IMG/VR virus record: IMGVR_UViG_3300028048_000059
Location: 1-64,000 of that record
DNA from: a virus
Taxonomy: Duplodnaviria; Caudoviricetes
Reading direction: 5' to 3' (one strand)
Length of the DNA: 64,000 bases
Shown here: positions 8,862-18,060 of the stretch, piece after piece
How positions within the stretch are numbered: position 1 is the first letter of the stretch
Layout of the letters: each line of letters starts with the position of its first letter
Position numbers and translations under genes: made by a program
The notes under the pieces: model-generated
Databases searched by the model: none
What the model was told of the DNA's origin: nothing
Seen by the model: the letters and a program-made list of their open reading frames with translations, nothing else

Positions 8862-9386
8862 ATGAGAAGCAATTACGTAGAGCGTGCTGAGAAGTTCATG
8901 AAGTCGTTTGTTCGAAACTATGGGCATCCGTTTGGCTGTAAAAATATTGCAGAAGTGCGTGATATGGTTGAACGTTATAATGCTGCACATAAACGTATAC
9001 ATGTATCATACAGTTATGGTGTTAGTCGTTGTACGCTCATTCTGTCGGATTATGTCATTAAATGGGATTATGATGCTGAGAACGTCATGGAATGGGGCGG
9101 CTGCAAAAATGAGATGAAAATATACGCAAAAGCTTGCAAAATGGGTCTTCATAATGTGTTGGCACCAATTACAAGAATTAAAGTGTATGGACGTTTTTAT
9201 TATGTAATGCCGCGTTGCACTCGTACCGCATTTGGAGATAAGCATCATGATTTAACTTATTACATTGGAGAAGCACAAATGTGGGGATTGCATAATAGAC
9301 TACATCTTATTGATTTACACTGTGAAAACTGGGGGTTTCTGCATGGGCAAGCGACAGTCTTTGATTATGCGGCGTGTTGCGAATGA
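8862..9386 (+). CDS. Minimal protein-kinase-like fold protein (family C)
   Basis: Motifs GVSR, VIKWDY, E, DLHCENWG, VFDYA. Promoter at 8804-8832. Confidence 0.65.
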   Translation: MRSNYVERAEKFMKSFVRNYGHPFGCKNIAEVRDMVERYNAAHKRIHVSYSYGVSRCTLILSDYVIKWDYDAENVMEWGGCKNEMKIYAKACKMGLHNVLAPITRIKVYGRFYYVMPRCTRTAFGDKHHDLTYYIGEAQMWGLHNRLHLIDLHCENWGFLHGQATVFDYAACCE

Positions 9387-9477
9387 ATAACGGGGCGAAA
9401 TGCCCCGTTAATTATGGGTTAAAATAAAGGCCGGCCGCATTTTTAACATACATTTAACATTAAAATGAAAAAGAGGA

Positions 9478-9885
9478 TTATTCATCCTCTTTCTCATAAA
9501 TCATAGCGTCAAGTCCTTCGCTATTCAGTTTCTTAACAACCTTACGTGCGGCCGCCTTACGTTCTTTTTCCTTCTGCTTGCGGTCGCGTTCTTCCTGCCG
9601 CGCCTTTTTCTTTTCTTCATCAAGCGCGACGTCTTCCGCGTAGGCATCTGCGGCGGCATAGCCATCGTACGGAATGAACGTGCCATCAGAGCGGGAACCG
9701 CGCGGAATACTAATTTTAATCAGTGCAAACTTTTCGTTGCCATCTGCATCCAGTACCGGCATCATCAGTTCGCTTGCGCTAACCGGCTTTACATCCGTGT
9801 CGTAGTCATTGCTAAGTACTTGCTGAATGTGTGCAATAATCTGCATACGAAGCGCGCCATCCAAAGAAGCCTTACTCATATCCAT
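9478..9885 (-). CDS. Hypothetical protein with charged tail (family A)
   Basis: Leader and RBS. DADGNEKFA resembles DINGNKRYA of 4247; PYDGYAAA resembles FDPYEAA of 264. Confidence 0.8.
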   Translation of the reverse strand: MDMSKASLDGALRMQIIAHIQQVLSNDYDTDVKPVSASELMMPVLDADGNEKFALIKISIPRGSRSDGTFIPYDGYAAADAYAEDVALDEEKKKARQEERDRKQKEKERKAAARKVVKKLNSEGLDAMIYEKEDE

Positions 9886-10021
9886 TCCCTCTCTGGTTTT
9901 AAGATGTTTTCCTTCATCTATCGTAGATAATTATAGCATAACTTCTATAAGAAGTCAAGTAAAATCTATGTTAAAAATTGGACCGGCCATGTTTTTAACA
10001 TGACCTTAACACCCGAGGAAC

Positions 10022-10342
10022 TTAAAGCAGTTGGGGCATTTCTCCTGTGAGAAGTGCGGCAACCATTTCACTTGGCGTGCAATGTGTCACGTCGTCGCCG
10101 TCCCACGGCATACGATACGATTCAACGTGTCCATGCTCAACACCATAAGAACCTCTGTGACAGATTACATCGCCATCTGGGTAATCTGGGAACGTCCACT
10201 TCCATCCATCAAGGCAATGCTCAATCGTGAAGGGGATGCCTTGTTCAATCAGTTGGCGGCAGAACGACTGGGTGGTGGCTTGGATCTGGTTCTTCATAGC
10301 AATCTCATATGCATTCCTGTTTTCCATGTTTTTCAGTCCCAT
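10022..10342 (-). CDS. Hypothetical phage protein
   Basis: AGGAGG RBS, own promoter. Confidence 0.75.
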   Translation of the reverse strand: MGLKNMENRNAYEIAMKNQIQATTQSFCRQLIEQGIPFTIEHCLDGWKWTFPDYPDGDVICHRGSYGVEHGHVESYRMPWDGDDVTHCTPSEMVAALLTGEMPQLL

Positions 10343-10469
10343 CTCATATGTCCTCCTGTTTTTTACTATAATCATTATAGCACAATTTATATCGGGAGTC
10401 AAGTTAAATACTCGTTAAGAAATCGTCCGGCCGCAATTTTAACATAAAATTAATAGCCCTTGCGGGCTA

Positions 10470-10907
10470 TTACAGATTGTACAGTTCGCTCATAATGTGA
10501 TTGGGATGGAACGCGGAACCCGGCCAATTCTCACGGTTTGCCCTACTATCGTCAAACAACAGGTCGGTTTTCTGTGCGTTGCACACAAGTCCCTTGTCCT
10601 TGCCGTACTCAACAATCTTAATGAAATCCCACTCCACGCTGTGAAGGTGCTGCCGCAACCATTTTTCTTTGGCTTTGCGTACTTCATCATTGTAGCTTGC
10701 CGAGCCATTCATTGAGGTCCAACTAATGATACCGAGCTTGTAGCCAGCTTTCTGCAACTTGTTGAGCTTGCGCGCGAGCAGGCTCATATTCAGCATAGGG
10801 GCAGCTTCCAGGTAGGGCCAGACCTCTTCCGCCTGCAATCCGTCAAGCCAGTTTGGAACTGTAAAGAGAGAGGCGATAGTACCGTCCATGTCAAACCAAA
10901 TCGTCAT
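10470..10907 (-). CDS. HAD-superfamily phosphatase (5'(3')-nucleotidase-like)
   Basis: Motif I FDMDGT, motif II ISWT, K, motif IV LFDD. Confidence 0.8.
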   Translation of the reverse strand: MTIWFDMDGTIASLFTVPNWLDGLQAEEVWPYLEAAPMLNMSLLARKLNKLQKAGYKLGIISWTSMNGSASYNDEVRKAKEKWLRQHLHSVEWDFIKIVEYGKDKGLVCNAQKTDLLFDDSRANRENWPGSAFHPNHIMSELYNL

Positions 10908-11037
10908 ATCAGTTACTTCCTTTCGTCATTTCGTGATTTGATTATACCATAGGCAAACCGAAAAGTCAAGTTAAATCGAAGTTAAAATGTCGGCCGGCAG
11001 CTTTCTTAACATTCAGTTTACAAAAAAAAGAAGAGGA

Positions 11038-11265
11038 TTACTCCTCTTCGATGTAGTATGCCAGCGTGCGTCCCAGCTCTGCGTTGCAATTGTAGTAAGA
11101 AATCGTGTTGCACAGCTTGTCGAAATCAATGGAGCTGTCAGCTCCGTCATTGGTGTAGAATCCGCCGAACCACATGGAGAACGGAGATACGTAGCACGGA
11201 CAAATAGCGACCTTCTTGCCAGCGTTGTAGGCGCGACGAGCGACGGACTTGTTAACTTTCTTCAT
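11038..11265 (-). CDS. Hypothetical protein
   Basis: GGAGG RBS, own promoter. Confidence 0.8.
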   Translation of the reverse strand: MKKVNKSVARRAYNAGKKVAICPCYVSPFSMWFGGFYTNDGADSSIDFDKLCNTISYYNCNAELGRTLAYYIEEE

Positions 11266-11402
11266 GGGGTGTTCCCTCCTTCATTTGATGGATACATTAT
11301 ACCATACCAGCGGCGAAAAGTCAATAGGTTGCTGTGTAAAGATTCGGTTAATTTGCGCGCCGGCCTTTTTCTTAACACTGTGTTTACAAAAAAGGGAGCA
11401 GC

Positions 11403-11561
11403 TCACAGCTGCTCCTTATCCTCATAGTAGTCGTGGTACATCATCATGATTCCCAGATCACACCCCTGCTCTGCCATGATGTGAAGCTCGATGACCATCG
11501 GATCCTCCATGCCGCGGTTGCGCGTTACATAGTCGAGGTATTCCTTAATTTCGTTCTCCAT
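11403..11561 (-). CDS. 52-aa acidic protein (family E; not in ORF track)
   Basis: GGAGG RBS, MENEIKEYLDYVTRNRGMEDPMVIELHIMAEQG... Confidence 0.7.
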   Translation of the reverse strand: MENEIKEYLDYVTRNRGMEDPMVIELHIMAEQGCDLGIMMMYHDYYEDKEQL

Positions 11562-11698
11562 TGTGGTGCCTCCCTTGCTTTGATGGATACATTATATCAC
11601 ATCGGTGTATGGCTGTCAATACCTTGGCTGTTAAGTCTGTGTTAAAAAGTTGGCCGGCCATTTTTTTAACATGCAGATAACATAAGAAAAGAGCTGGG

Positions 11699-11860
11699 CT
11701 ATTCGTCCAGCTCGTCATCCATCCAGCTCGCCTCGGCGACGAAGCGCGCCAGCTCGTCGGCGCTTGCGCCGTCCTCGTACATGCGGAACAGTTCGATAAT
11801 GCACGGGTGTTCGAAACCGTAGCTACGGACAGCACTGTCGAGAATCTCCATGGTCTTCAT
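11699..11860 (-). CDS. 53-aa acidic protein (family E; not in ORF track)
   Basis: GGAGG RBS, MKTMEILDSAVRSYGFEHPCIIELFRMYEDG... Confidence 0.7.
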   Translation of the reverse strand: MKTMEILDSAVRSYGFEHPCIIELFRMYEDGASADELARFVAEASWMDDELDE

Positions 11861-12083
11861 TGTGGTTCCCTCCTTCATTTGATGGCATAATTATAGCATA
11901 CGCGGGCACGAATGTCAATAGGGTGTTTGTAAAGATTGGGTTAAGTTTGCGGCCGGCCTCTTTCTTAACGTCCAATTAACTTATGTGTTTTAGGGAAAAG
12001 AAAAACATGGGGCGGCCGCATTTGTAACAGGATCTTAACATTGAAATGGAGATAAAGAAAAACGCCCGAAGGCGTTTTTAAAA

Positions 12084-12263
12084 TTACAGTTCCATATCTT
12101 CGCGGTACTGGTCAAAATCGCGGTAACCAGTGTAGTAATACAAGATGCTTACTGCGGTTTCTTCATTCATGCCGTTAAGGGAAAAAGCGAGATCAAGCGC
12201 GTCACGGTTGTCGGTCACGTAGTCAAGAAGGAAATCATACATGTCGTTGACAGTCATCATCAT
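12084..12263 (-). CDS. 59-aa acidic protein (not in ORF track)
   Basis: AAGGAAGG RBS, own promoter, terminator AAACGCC-CGAA-GGCGTTT. Confidence 0.7.
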   Translation of the reverse strand: MMMTVNDMYDFLLDYVTDNRDALDLAFSLNGMNEETAVSILYYYTGYRDFDQYREDMEL

Positions 12264-12460
12264 TTCTGGGTACCTTCCTTTCGTTCGTTGTGCCTATATT
12301 ATAGCATATGGGATTTCAAATGTCAATAGTTTTTTTTGTTTTATCTTCGAATTTGAAAGTTAAATGGCGGTTAAAAAACGGGCCGGCCATTTTTTTAACG
12401 CAAGTTTAACAAAAGTAATTTTGTGGAATGAAATGGGGCAAGTTGCCTTGCCCCATTCTG

Positions 12461-12610
12461 TTAGTCGTTTATGGGACAGTAGATTTCTTTCACTGTCCAA
12501 CGCCGTTTGGTGAAAGAGTTGCGGAATTCCGCGGCGGCAACCGCCTCTTCGTAAGTGCGATAGTGCGTAACACCTTGAAACCCGCCGCATTCGATGACCC
12601 AATACTTCAT
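12461..12610 (-). CDS. 49-aa protein (not in ORF track)
   Basis: AAGGAGG RBS, own promoter, MKYWVIECGGFQG... Confidence 0.7.
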   Translation of the reverse strand: MKYWVIECGGFQGVTHYRTYEEAVAAAEFRNSFTKRRWTVKEIYCPIND

Positions 12611-12682
12611 GACTTACTTCCTCCTTGCCTTTTGTGATTACATTATACCATAGCGCCGCACGTTTGTCAAGTTAAGATTGCG

Positions 12683-12847
12683 TTATTCGATGTTTCCATC
12701 GTAGATGGTGATCTGTCGTAAATTGAAGTCAACAATCAACTTGCAATTGTTAAAATATTTCGACAGTTCCTCCATGTGATTCAGATCGCGCACAAGCAAG
12801 TAATCAACGTAGCCGTAGTCGGAAGCCTTGTAAATAGTGAACATCAT
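12683..12847 (-). CDS. 54-aa protein (not in ORF track)
   Basis: AAGGAGG RBS, own promoter, MMFTIYKASDYG... Confidence 0.7.
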   Translation of the reverse strand: MMFTIYKASDYGYVDYLLVRDLNHMEELSKYFNNCKLIVDFNLRQITIYDGNIE

Positions 12848-13015
12848 GTTGGGTTACCTCCTTTGTTCTTATGGATACATTATACCATGGGTGGCGTAGG
12901 AAGTCAAGTTAAAGGCACGTTAAGTTTTGGGCCGGCCGAAAATTTAACATACGTTTAACTTTTGAAATGACAAAAAAATGAAACGCGGCGGTTGCCGCGT
13001 TTCGGGATGGGTTGG

Positions 13016-13309
13016 TCACGCCAGCCCGTAGAACTTGCGCCCATGGATGTAGGTGTAGCCGCCATCCTCGGGGAACCAGCCCCACGCCGCCAGCTGGTCG
13101 GGGTCGAACTTGGCGGCGGCTTCCGCGGTCATGACCTCTTCGTAGGTTTCTTCGCGGACGATGGTCAGCAGCCCGTACTTGCGCAGCGTGGAGATAGACG
13201 GCACGGTCGCATTGTGCTCGGTCAGCAGTTTGAGGGTATCGTAGGACACGCCCTCGGTCGGCAGGATCGCGCGCAGGTTGGCAACTTTGATTTCGGTGGT
13301 CTTAGTCAT
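13016..13309 (-). CDS. Hypothetical protein
   Basis: RBS, own promoter, GC-rich codons. Confidence 0.8.
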   Translation of the reverse strand: MTKTTEIKVANLRAILPTEGVSYDTLKLLTEHNATVPSISTLRKYGLLTIVREETYEEVMTAEAAAKFDPDQLAAWGWFPEDGGYTYIHGRKFYGLA

Positions 13310-13633
13310 TGTGGTGTTCCCCTTTCGTTTCGTTCTGTGAACATTATACTACCAAACCTCTGATTTGTCAATCCCTTTTTTGCGTTAAAAGTGTTAAGCT
13401 TTCCGTTTACAAACTTGCCACGAAACATTTACGAAAACTTAACACAAGGGGCGGCGTAGTTCTTTACCAAAATTTAACATTATGGGCGGCGTAGTTCTTA
13501 ATATGGATTTAACATAACGAATTGGATGGGGTATGAAATGATGTTAAGCATGGGTTAAGAAACCGGCCGGCGGTTTCCTTTACATAAATTTAACATTGGA
13601 TTTGAATTAAAAATAAAATCGCCCGAGGGCGAT

Positions 13634-13810
13634 TTAGTTTTCCTCTTCGTCTTCCAATAGTGTCGCAAGTTCAGTACCATCTCTATCAAAAACGGATAAA
13701 AGAGCAAAAATATTTTCTCTATACCACCCACAAGATAACTGTACAATATCATCGTCATGAAAGCGCGCGAGGGATTTCTGCATTTCCTTAACGGTCATTT
13801 CATACTTCAT
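13634..13810 (-). CDS. 58-aa acidic protein (not in ORF track)
   Basis: AAGGAG RBS, MKYEMTVKEMQKSLARFHDDD...EDEEEN, terminator follows. Confidence 0.7.
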   Translation of the reverse strand: MKYEMTVKEMQKSLARFHDDDIVQLSCGWYRENIFALLSVFDRDGTELATLLEDEEEN

Positions 13811-13963
13811 GTTGTTACTCTCCTTTGTTTTTTGTACCTACATTATATCATCACTTATGTGAGAAGTCAAGTTAAAGTGCGGTTAAAAAATTGACCGGCC
13901 GAAATTTTAACGCACATTTAACATTGCATTTCTATACAAAAAAAAATCGCGTTTCCGCGATTT

Positions 13964-14188
13964 TTATTCGGTGATGACGCCCCAATATTCTACTACCACC
14001 CGAGGCGTGCCGTCCTGTTCCTTTGCTGTGTCAATCCACCATGCCGTCCTGCTCATGATGTCCTTCTTCAAGTCCTGCGCGATCTCGTTCGCCCTCTCTT
14101 CCGAGATAGTCCATGCCGCATGCCGCCATCCTGCGGGGCGTCCATCTTCTACCGTAACCGCGGCTGTCTTTACTTCGTACAGTTTCAT
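13964..14188 (-). CDS. Hypothetical protein
   Basis: GAGGG RBS, own promoter, terminator. Confidence 0.75.
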   Translation of the reverse strand: MKLYEVKTAAVTVEDGRPAGWRHAAWTISEERANEIAQDLKKDIMSRTAWWIDTAKEQDGTPRVVVEYWGVITE

Positions 14189-14326
14189 ATTGTTCCCTCT
14201 CTTTCTGTTTTGTGATTTTATTATACCACTGGGTTTCGGGTTTGTCAAGAGGTTTCTAAGTTAAAATGTGATTAAGGAGTAGCCCTCCCAAATGTTAAGT
14301 TTGGGTTAAGGTGTGAGCCTTGCGGC

Positions 14327-14695
14327 TCACACCTCCCCATACCACCAGTCGCCGACGTTCTCTTCACGCTCCGTCTCATTGTCTTCGTCTTCCTCGTGCC
14401 ACCGATCGATAACCGCAGGCACTCCGTAGTCATACAGCGTATCATACAGCGCGTCACCGTCGTCGGTGAACAGCAGCTCGTCGCCGCGGTAGACGGCAAC
14501 CTCGCCGACGGTGGTGTAGCTTGCCAGCGCTTCGAAAACGTCGGTGCAATCCTCTTCGTACAGGTTTTCGGTGTACCAGCTCCCGAGGGGCGCCGTCACC
14601 ACGTCGAAGTAGCTCCCGTCACCATCAGGAAGCGTGTCCAGCAGGCGGCCATCCGCGACGCGCACGAGGCGCAGGGTCTTGTCATTGTTCGTCAT
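14327..14695 (-). CDS. Acidic hypothetical protein
   Basis: AAGGAGG RBS, own promoter. Confidence 0.8.
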   Translation of the reverse strand: MTNNDKTLRLVRVADGRLLDTLPDGDGSYFDVVTAPLGSWYTENLYEEDCTDVFEALASYTTVGEVAVYRGDELLFTDDGDALYDTLYDYGVPAVIDRWHEEDEDNETEREENVGDWWYGEV

Positions 14696-15127
14696 TGGGG
14701 TTCCCTCCTTGTCTTTGATGTATACATTGTACCACAACCAGCCCGATTTGTCAATTAAGAAGTTGTAAACTATTTATGACAAAAATATGACAGTTTGTCA
14801 CACTTCTGTAACAATTGCGGTTAATGAAACAGTTACGAAACATTAACGAAAACTTAACATGCGGGGCGGCGTGTTATTTAATCGAAATTTAACATGGGGC
14901 GGCAGATACGCTAACGAAAATTTAACATTAAGTTTTCGTTAAAAAATGGGCCGGCCAAAAGTTTAACGTAAGTTTAACTTAGGTGGGCGGCGTTTTCTTT
15001 AACGAAAATTTAACATGCTATGGCGGCCGATTTCTTAACAGAAATTTAATATGTTAAAAAAGGTGGCGGCTTACGTCGTCACCTTTTTATCGCAGCCGAA
15101 ATGCCAGTATTGGTACTGGCGAATCGG

Positions 15128-15304
15128 TTAGTTTTCGTAGCCCTTGAAGAACTTGTCCAGCTCGTAATTATCGTCGGTCAGCTTGTAGACCTGCGTCAGA
15201 CGACGCTGTGCGGCGATAAGGGTTTCGATGGAGGCGTCCACAGTGGCGGCGAGGTAATCGTCGAGAGCGGTGTAGCGGTTGCCGGTGGTCAGGTAGTTCA
15301 TCAT
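15128..15304 (-). CDS. 58-aa hypothetical protein
   Basis: AAGGAGG RBS, own promoter. Confidence 0.75.
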   Translation of the reverse strand: MMNYLTTGNRYTALDDYLAATVDASIETLIAAQRRLTQVYKLTDDNYELDKFFKGYEN

Positions 15305-15650
15305 TTTAGGTTCCTCCTTGCTTTTGATGGATACATTATACCATAGGCAGGCAGGAATGTCAATTAAGAAATGGTAAACTATTTGTGACAAAAATATGAC
15401 ATTTGCGGTCATAAAAAAATAATGAAAATTTAACAATCCGGGGCGGCACGTTTCTTAACTGAAATTTAACACACGGGGCGGCTGGCTTTTTAACGCAAAA
15501 TTAATAGTTAATTTTGCGTTAAGGAATCGGCCGGCCGAAAATTTAACGCAAGTTTAACATTGGAGATTTGGGAATGTCTTAACATAAATTTAACATACGT
15601 GGGCGGCGGATTTTTTAACATGAATTTAATATGTTAAAAAATGAGGTGGC

Positions 15651-15917
15651 TTACGCCACCTCGTACCATTCTTCGTCGTAACCGCTGCGGTAGGTGTTGC
15701 CGGTGTAACCGTCTTTCAGGTGTTCGTACGGCTTTTCCCAGTCGAAATTGCTTTCTTCGAGCTTTTCCGCGGTGTTCATCACCTTCTTAGCTTTGTCAAC
15801 GATAGCCCACTGGGCGTCCTTGGCTTCGCGGGTGGTCATTTCGCCCACCTTGCAAAGCGCCGCGTACATGATAGCCCATGCCTCTTTGCTGGTGAGATTG
15901 GTCAGATTGTTCATCAT
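15651..15917 (-). CDS. Hypothetical protein
   Basis: AAGGAGG RBS, own promoter. Confidence 0.8.
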   Translation of the reverse strand: MMNNLTNLTSKEAWAIMYAALCKVGEMTTREAKDAQWAIVDKAKKVMNTAEKLEESNFDWEKPYEHLKDGYTGNTYRSGYDEEWYEVA

Positions 15918-16291
15918 TTTTGTTTCCTCCTTCGTTTTGTTCTGTGAACATTATACCACAAAGATCTGGGATTGTCAACCCCTTTTTGAGATGTTTAACA
16001 ATTTTAACATTGGGTGCCGGTGGTTTTCTTTTCTGAAATTTAACGCACGCAATGGGTTAAAAAAATTTAATTAAAATTTAACATTGGAGGGCGGCGAGAT
16101 TCTTTACGTAAATTTAACACAGAGGGGCGGCGGTATTCTTTGCACAAATTTAACACATCTAGTTAGTTAGGGTAAACTAACTGGGGCGGCGGTTCCCGTA
16201 ACGAAAATTTAACATAGTTAAATTTTCGTTACGAAACGGGCCGCCCGAGGATGTTAAATTTGTGTAAAAAAATAAACCGGTGGTGCCGCTA

Positions 16292-16630
16292 TCAGCGGCG
16301 CCATCCGGTTTTCCAAGAGTAGTCATCGTAATACTCTTGGGTGATTTCGTCGTACTGGTCCAGCATGATTCTCAGTTCCTGCACGGTGCAGGTGGTGGTG
16401 GTTTCGAACGCGGCGAAGTGCAGGAACAGCAGGTCGTTCGGGTCGTACTGGGTCTTGCAGATCTCGATGAACAGGTCGGACAGGTCAGAGGGCTCAGCTC
16501 CCTGAGCTGGGTCGAAAAAGGTCAGCGGGCTTTCCGGCGCAAGCGGCTCAAAGTCGTCGTTGTAGACGTCGCAGAGGTCGTACAGGGTGGCGCCGTTGGC
16601 GGTGGTGAGCGTGATGTTCTGGAACTTCAT
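16292..16630 (-). CDS. Acidic hypothetical protein
   Basis: AAGGAGG RBS, own promoter. Confidence 0.8.
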   Translation of the reverse strand: MKFQNITLTTANGATLYDLCDVYNDDFEPLAPESPLTFFDPAQGAEPSDLSDLFIEICKTQYDPNDLLFLHFAAFETTTTCTVQELRIMLDQYDEITQEYYDDYSWKTGWRR

Positions 16631-17594
16631 GGGATTTACCTCCTTGCCTTTGATGATTTGATTATACTACAAAAAGCCCCATTTGTCAATGACTTTTGTG
16701 TGACGAAATTGTTACATTTTTCGGGATTTTTGTCATAGAAAATTATTGCAAATTTAACACGGAGGGCGGCGTGGATCTTAATGGAAATTTAACCGAGGCA
16801 GTTAGTTAGTGTAAACTAACTCTGGGCGGCCAGATCCTTAACCCAAATTTAACATGCGTAGTAGTGCATGGAAAATAGAGTTAGTTAGTGTAAACTAACT
16901 CCATACCACATGCGTATAGTCGAAGTTAGTTAGTGTAAACTAACTCTGCACTACATGCAAGGAATTAGAGTTAGTTAGGGTAAACTAACTCTGCACGACA
17001 TGCCAGTAATTAGAGTTAGTTAGTATAAACTAACTCTGCACCACATGCGAATGATTGTGGTTAGTTAGTGTAAACTAACTCCATAGTGTGGGTGGATAAT
17101 TGGAGTTAGTTAGTGTAAACTAACTCTCACGTGGATGGGTGGAGAAAGTGAAAGTTAAAGTTGGGTTAAATTTTTGGCCGGCCAAATTTTTAACGTAAGT
17201 TTAACTTTCATTAGTCATTGCAAATACAATGCAGTTAGTTTATACTAACTAACTGCATTTTGGTGTGAGCAAATATGTAGTTAGTTTATCCTAACTAACT
17301 GGTTTTAGTGTGGGAATAAAAAGAGTTAGTTAGTGTAAACTAACTATTTTTCGTATAGAAATAAACAAAGTTAGTTAGTGTAAACTAACTATTTTTATAC
17401 TGATAATAATGTGAGTTAGTTAGTATAAACTAACTGAGGGCGGCTCGTTTTTTAACCGAAATTTTACTTTGTAAAATTTCTGTTAAGGTTTGCGCCGCCT
17501 ATCCGTGTTAAGTTTAGGTTAATTTTTATGGCAAAAATTTAACCGAACTTCTTGGTTAAAGTTCGGTTAAGAAACCAACCGGCTGACTGGTATC

Positions 17595-17765
17595 TCACAG
17601 GTTGAGATACCAGTCGAGTTCTTCCTCGGTCATGTTAAGTTTGCGTGCGACGTATTTGGCTGCTTCATCCTCATGGTCATCATCCATATCCTCCATGGGA
17701 TCCAGTCCGTTCATTTTGTACCATTCGGTGAAGGCTCTGTCAATTTCCTTCATCATGCGCTTCAT
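17595..17765 (-). CDS. 56-aa acidic protein (family F; not in ORF track)
   Basis: MKRMMKEIDRAFTEWYKMNGLDPMED..., promoter TTGACA-N17-TATAAT, paralog of 21658..21810. Confidence 0.75.
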   Translation of the reverse strand: MKRMMKEIDRAFTEWYKMNGLDPMEDMDDDHEDEAAKYVARKLNMTEEELDWYLNL

Positions 17766-18060
17766 TTTCGTTTCCCCCTTGCTTTGTTGTGACTACATTA
17801 TAACACCCAATGACGCCTTTGTCAAGTGGTTTTGTGTGATTTAACAATTTTGTATAGTTCGCACAAAACAAAAAAGTTTAACTAACATTTAACACGGAAG
17901 GGCGGCGGTTTCCTTTACGAAAATTTTACATGGTAAAATTTTCGTAAAGAACCTCGCCGTCCCGCGAATGTTAATTTTGTTAAACATTCAGAAAAGGGTT
18001 GACAAGTGTGGTTTCGTATGGTATAATGTAGTCACAAAGAACGAAAGAGAGGTACACACC

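Larger units (their letters stand above)
53..9919. promoter_or_regulatory. Conserved 5' leader: hairpin with AAGGAAA(A) loop followed by AAACCAGAAAGG RBS (10 copies)
   Basis: Hairpins at 67-82(-), 224-239(+), ~2643-2661(-), 3218-3235(-), 4602-4617(-), 5189-5205(-), ~6348-6363(-), ~7060-7076(-), 7885-7902(-), 9902-9919(-). Stem sequences differ but stay paired. Confidence 0.85.
121..17210. repeat. Dispersed ~55-bp palindromic inter-cassette site GTTAA-N6-GTTAA-N~6-GGCCGGCC-N~6-TTAAC-N6-TTAAC (~29 copies)
   Basis: Cores (0-1, occasionally 2 mismatches) at ~145, 638, 1144, 1685, 2837, 3542, 4192, 4860, 5269, 6425, 6762, 7456, 7974, 8318, 8774, 9429, 9981, 10425, 10992, 11358, 11652, 11951, 12381, 12930, 13565, 13893, 14949, 15529, 17176. 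All lie between the called genes. Confidence 0.95.

Noticed and set aside
121-17210. Classical integron attC or Xer dif sites
   Set aside because: Cassettes have their own promoters, occur in both orientations, and no IntI is present. The doubled 11-bp arms with a GC core do not match dif consensus. Kept only as an analogy.
121-17210. Palindromic sites as rho-independent terminators
   Set aside because: Separate canonical terminators lie beside many sites. The core is self-complementary with no loop, and the spacer bases of the arms do not pair.
16800-17435. CRISPR array (22-bp palindromic repeat with 23-bp spacers)
   Set aside because: Spacers are related to one another (CACATGC-type), short and fixed in length. 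Repeat cores flip orientation, isolated copies occur, and no cas genes are present.
186-18060. Extended N-termini starting at TTG (186, 2701, 7940, 8295, 8751, 10402, 14248 and others)
   Set aside because: The TTG is the -35 box TTGAC. True starts lie downstream of the RBS.
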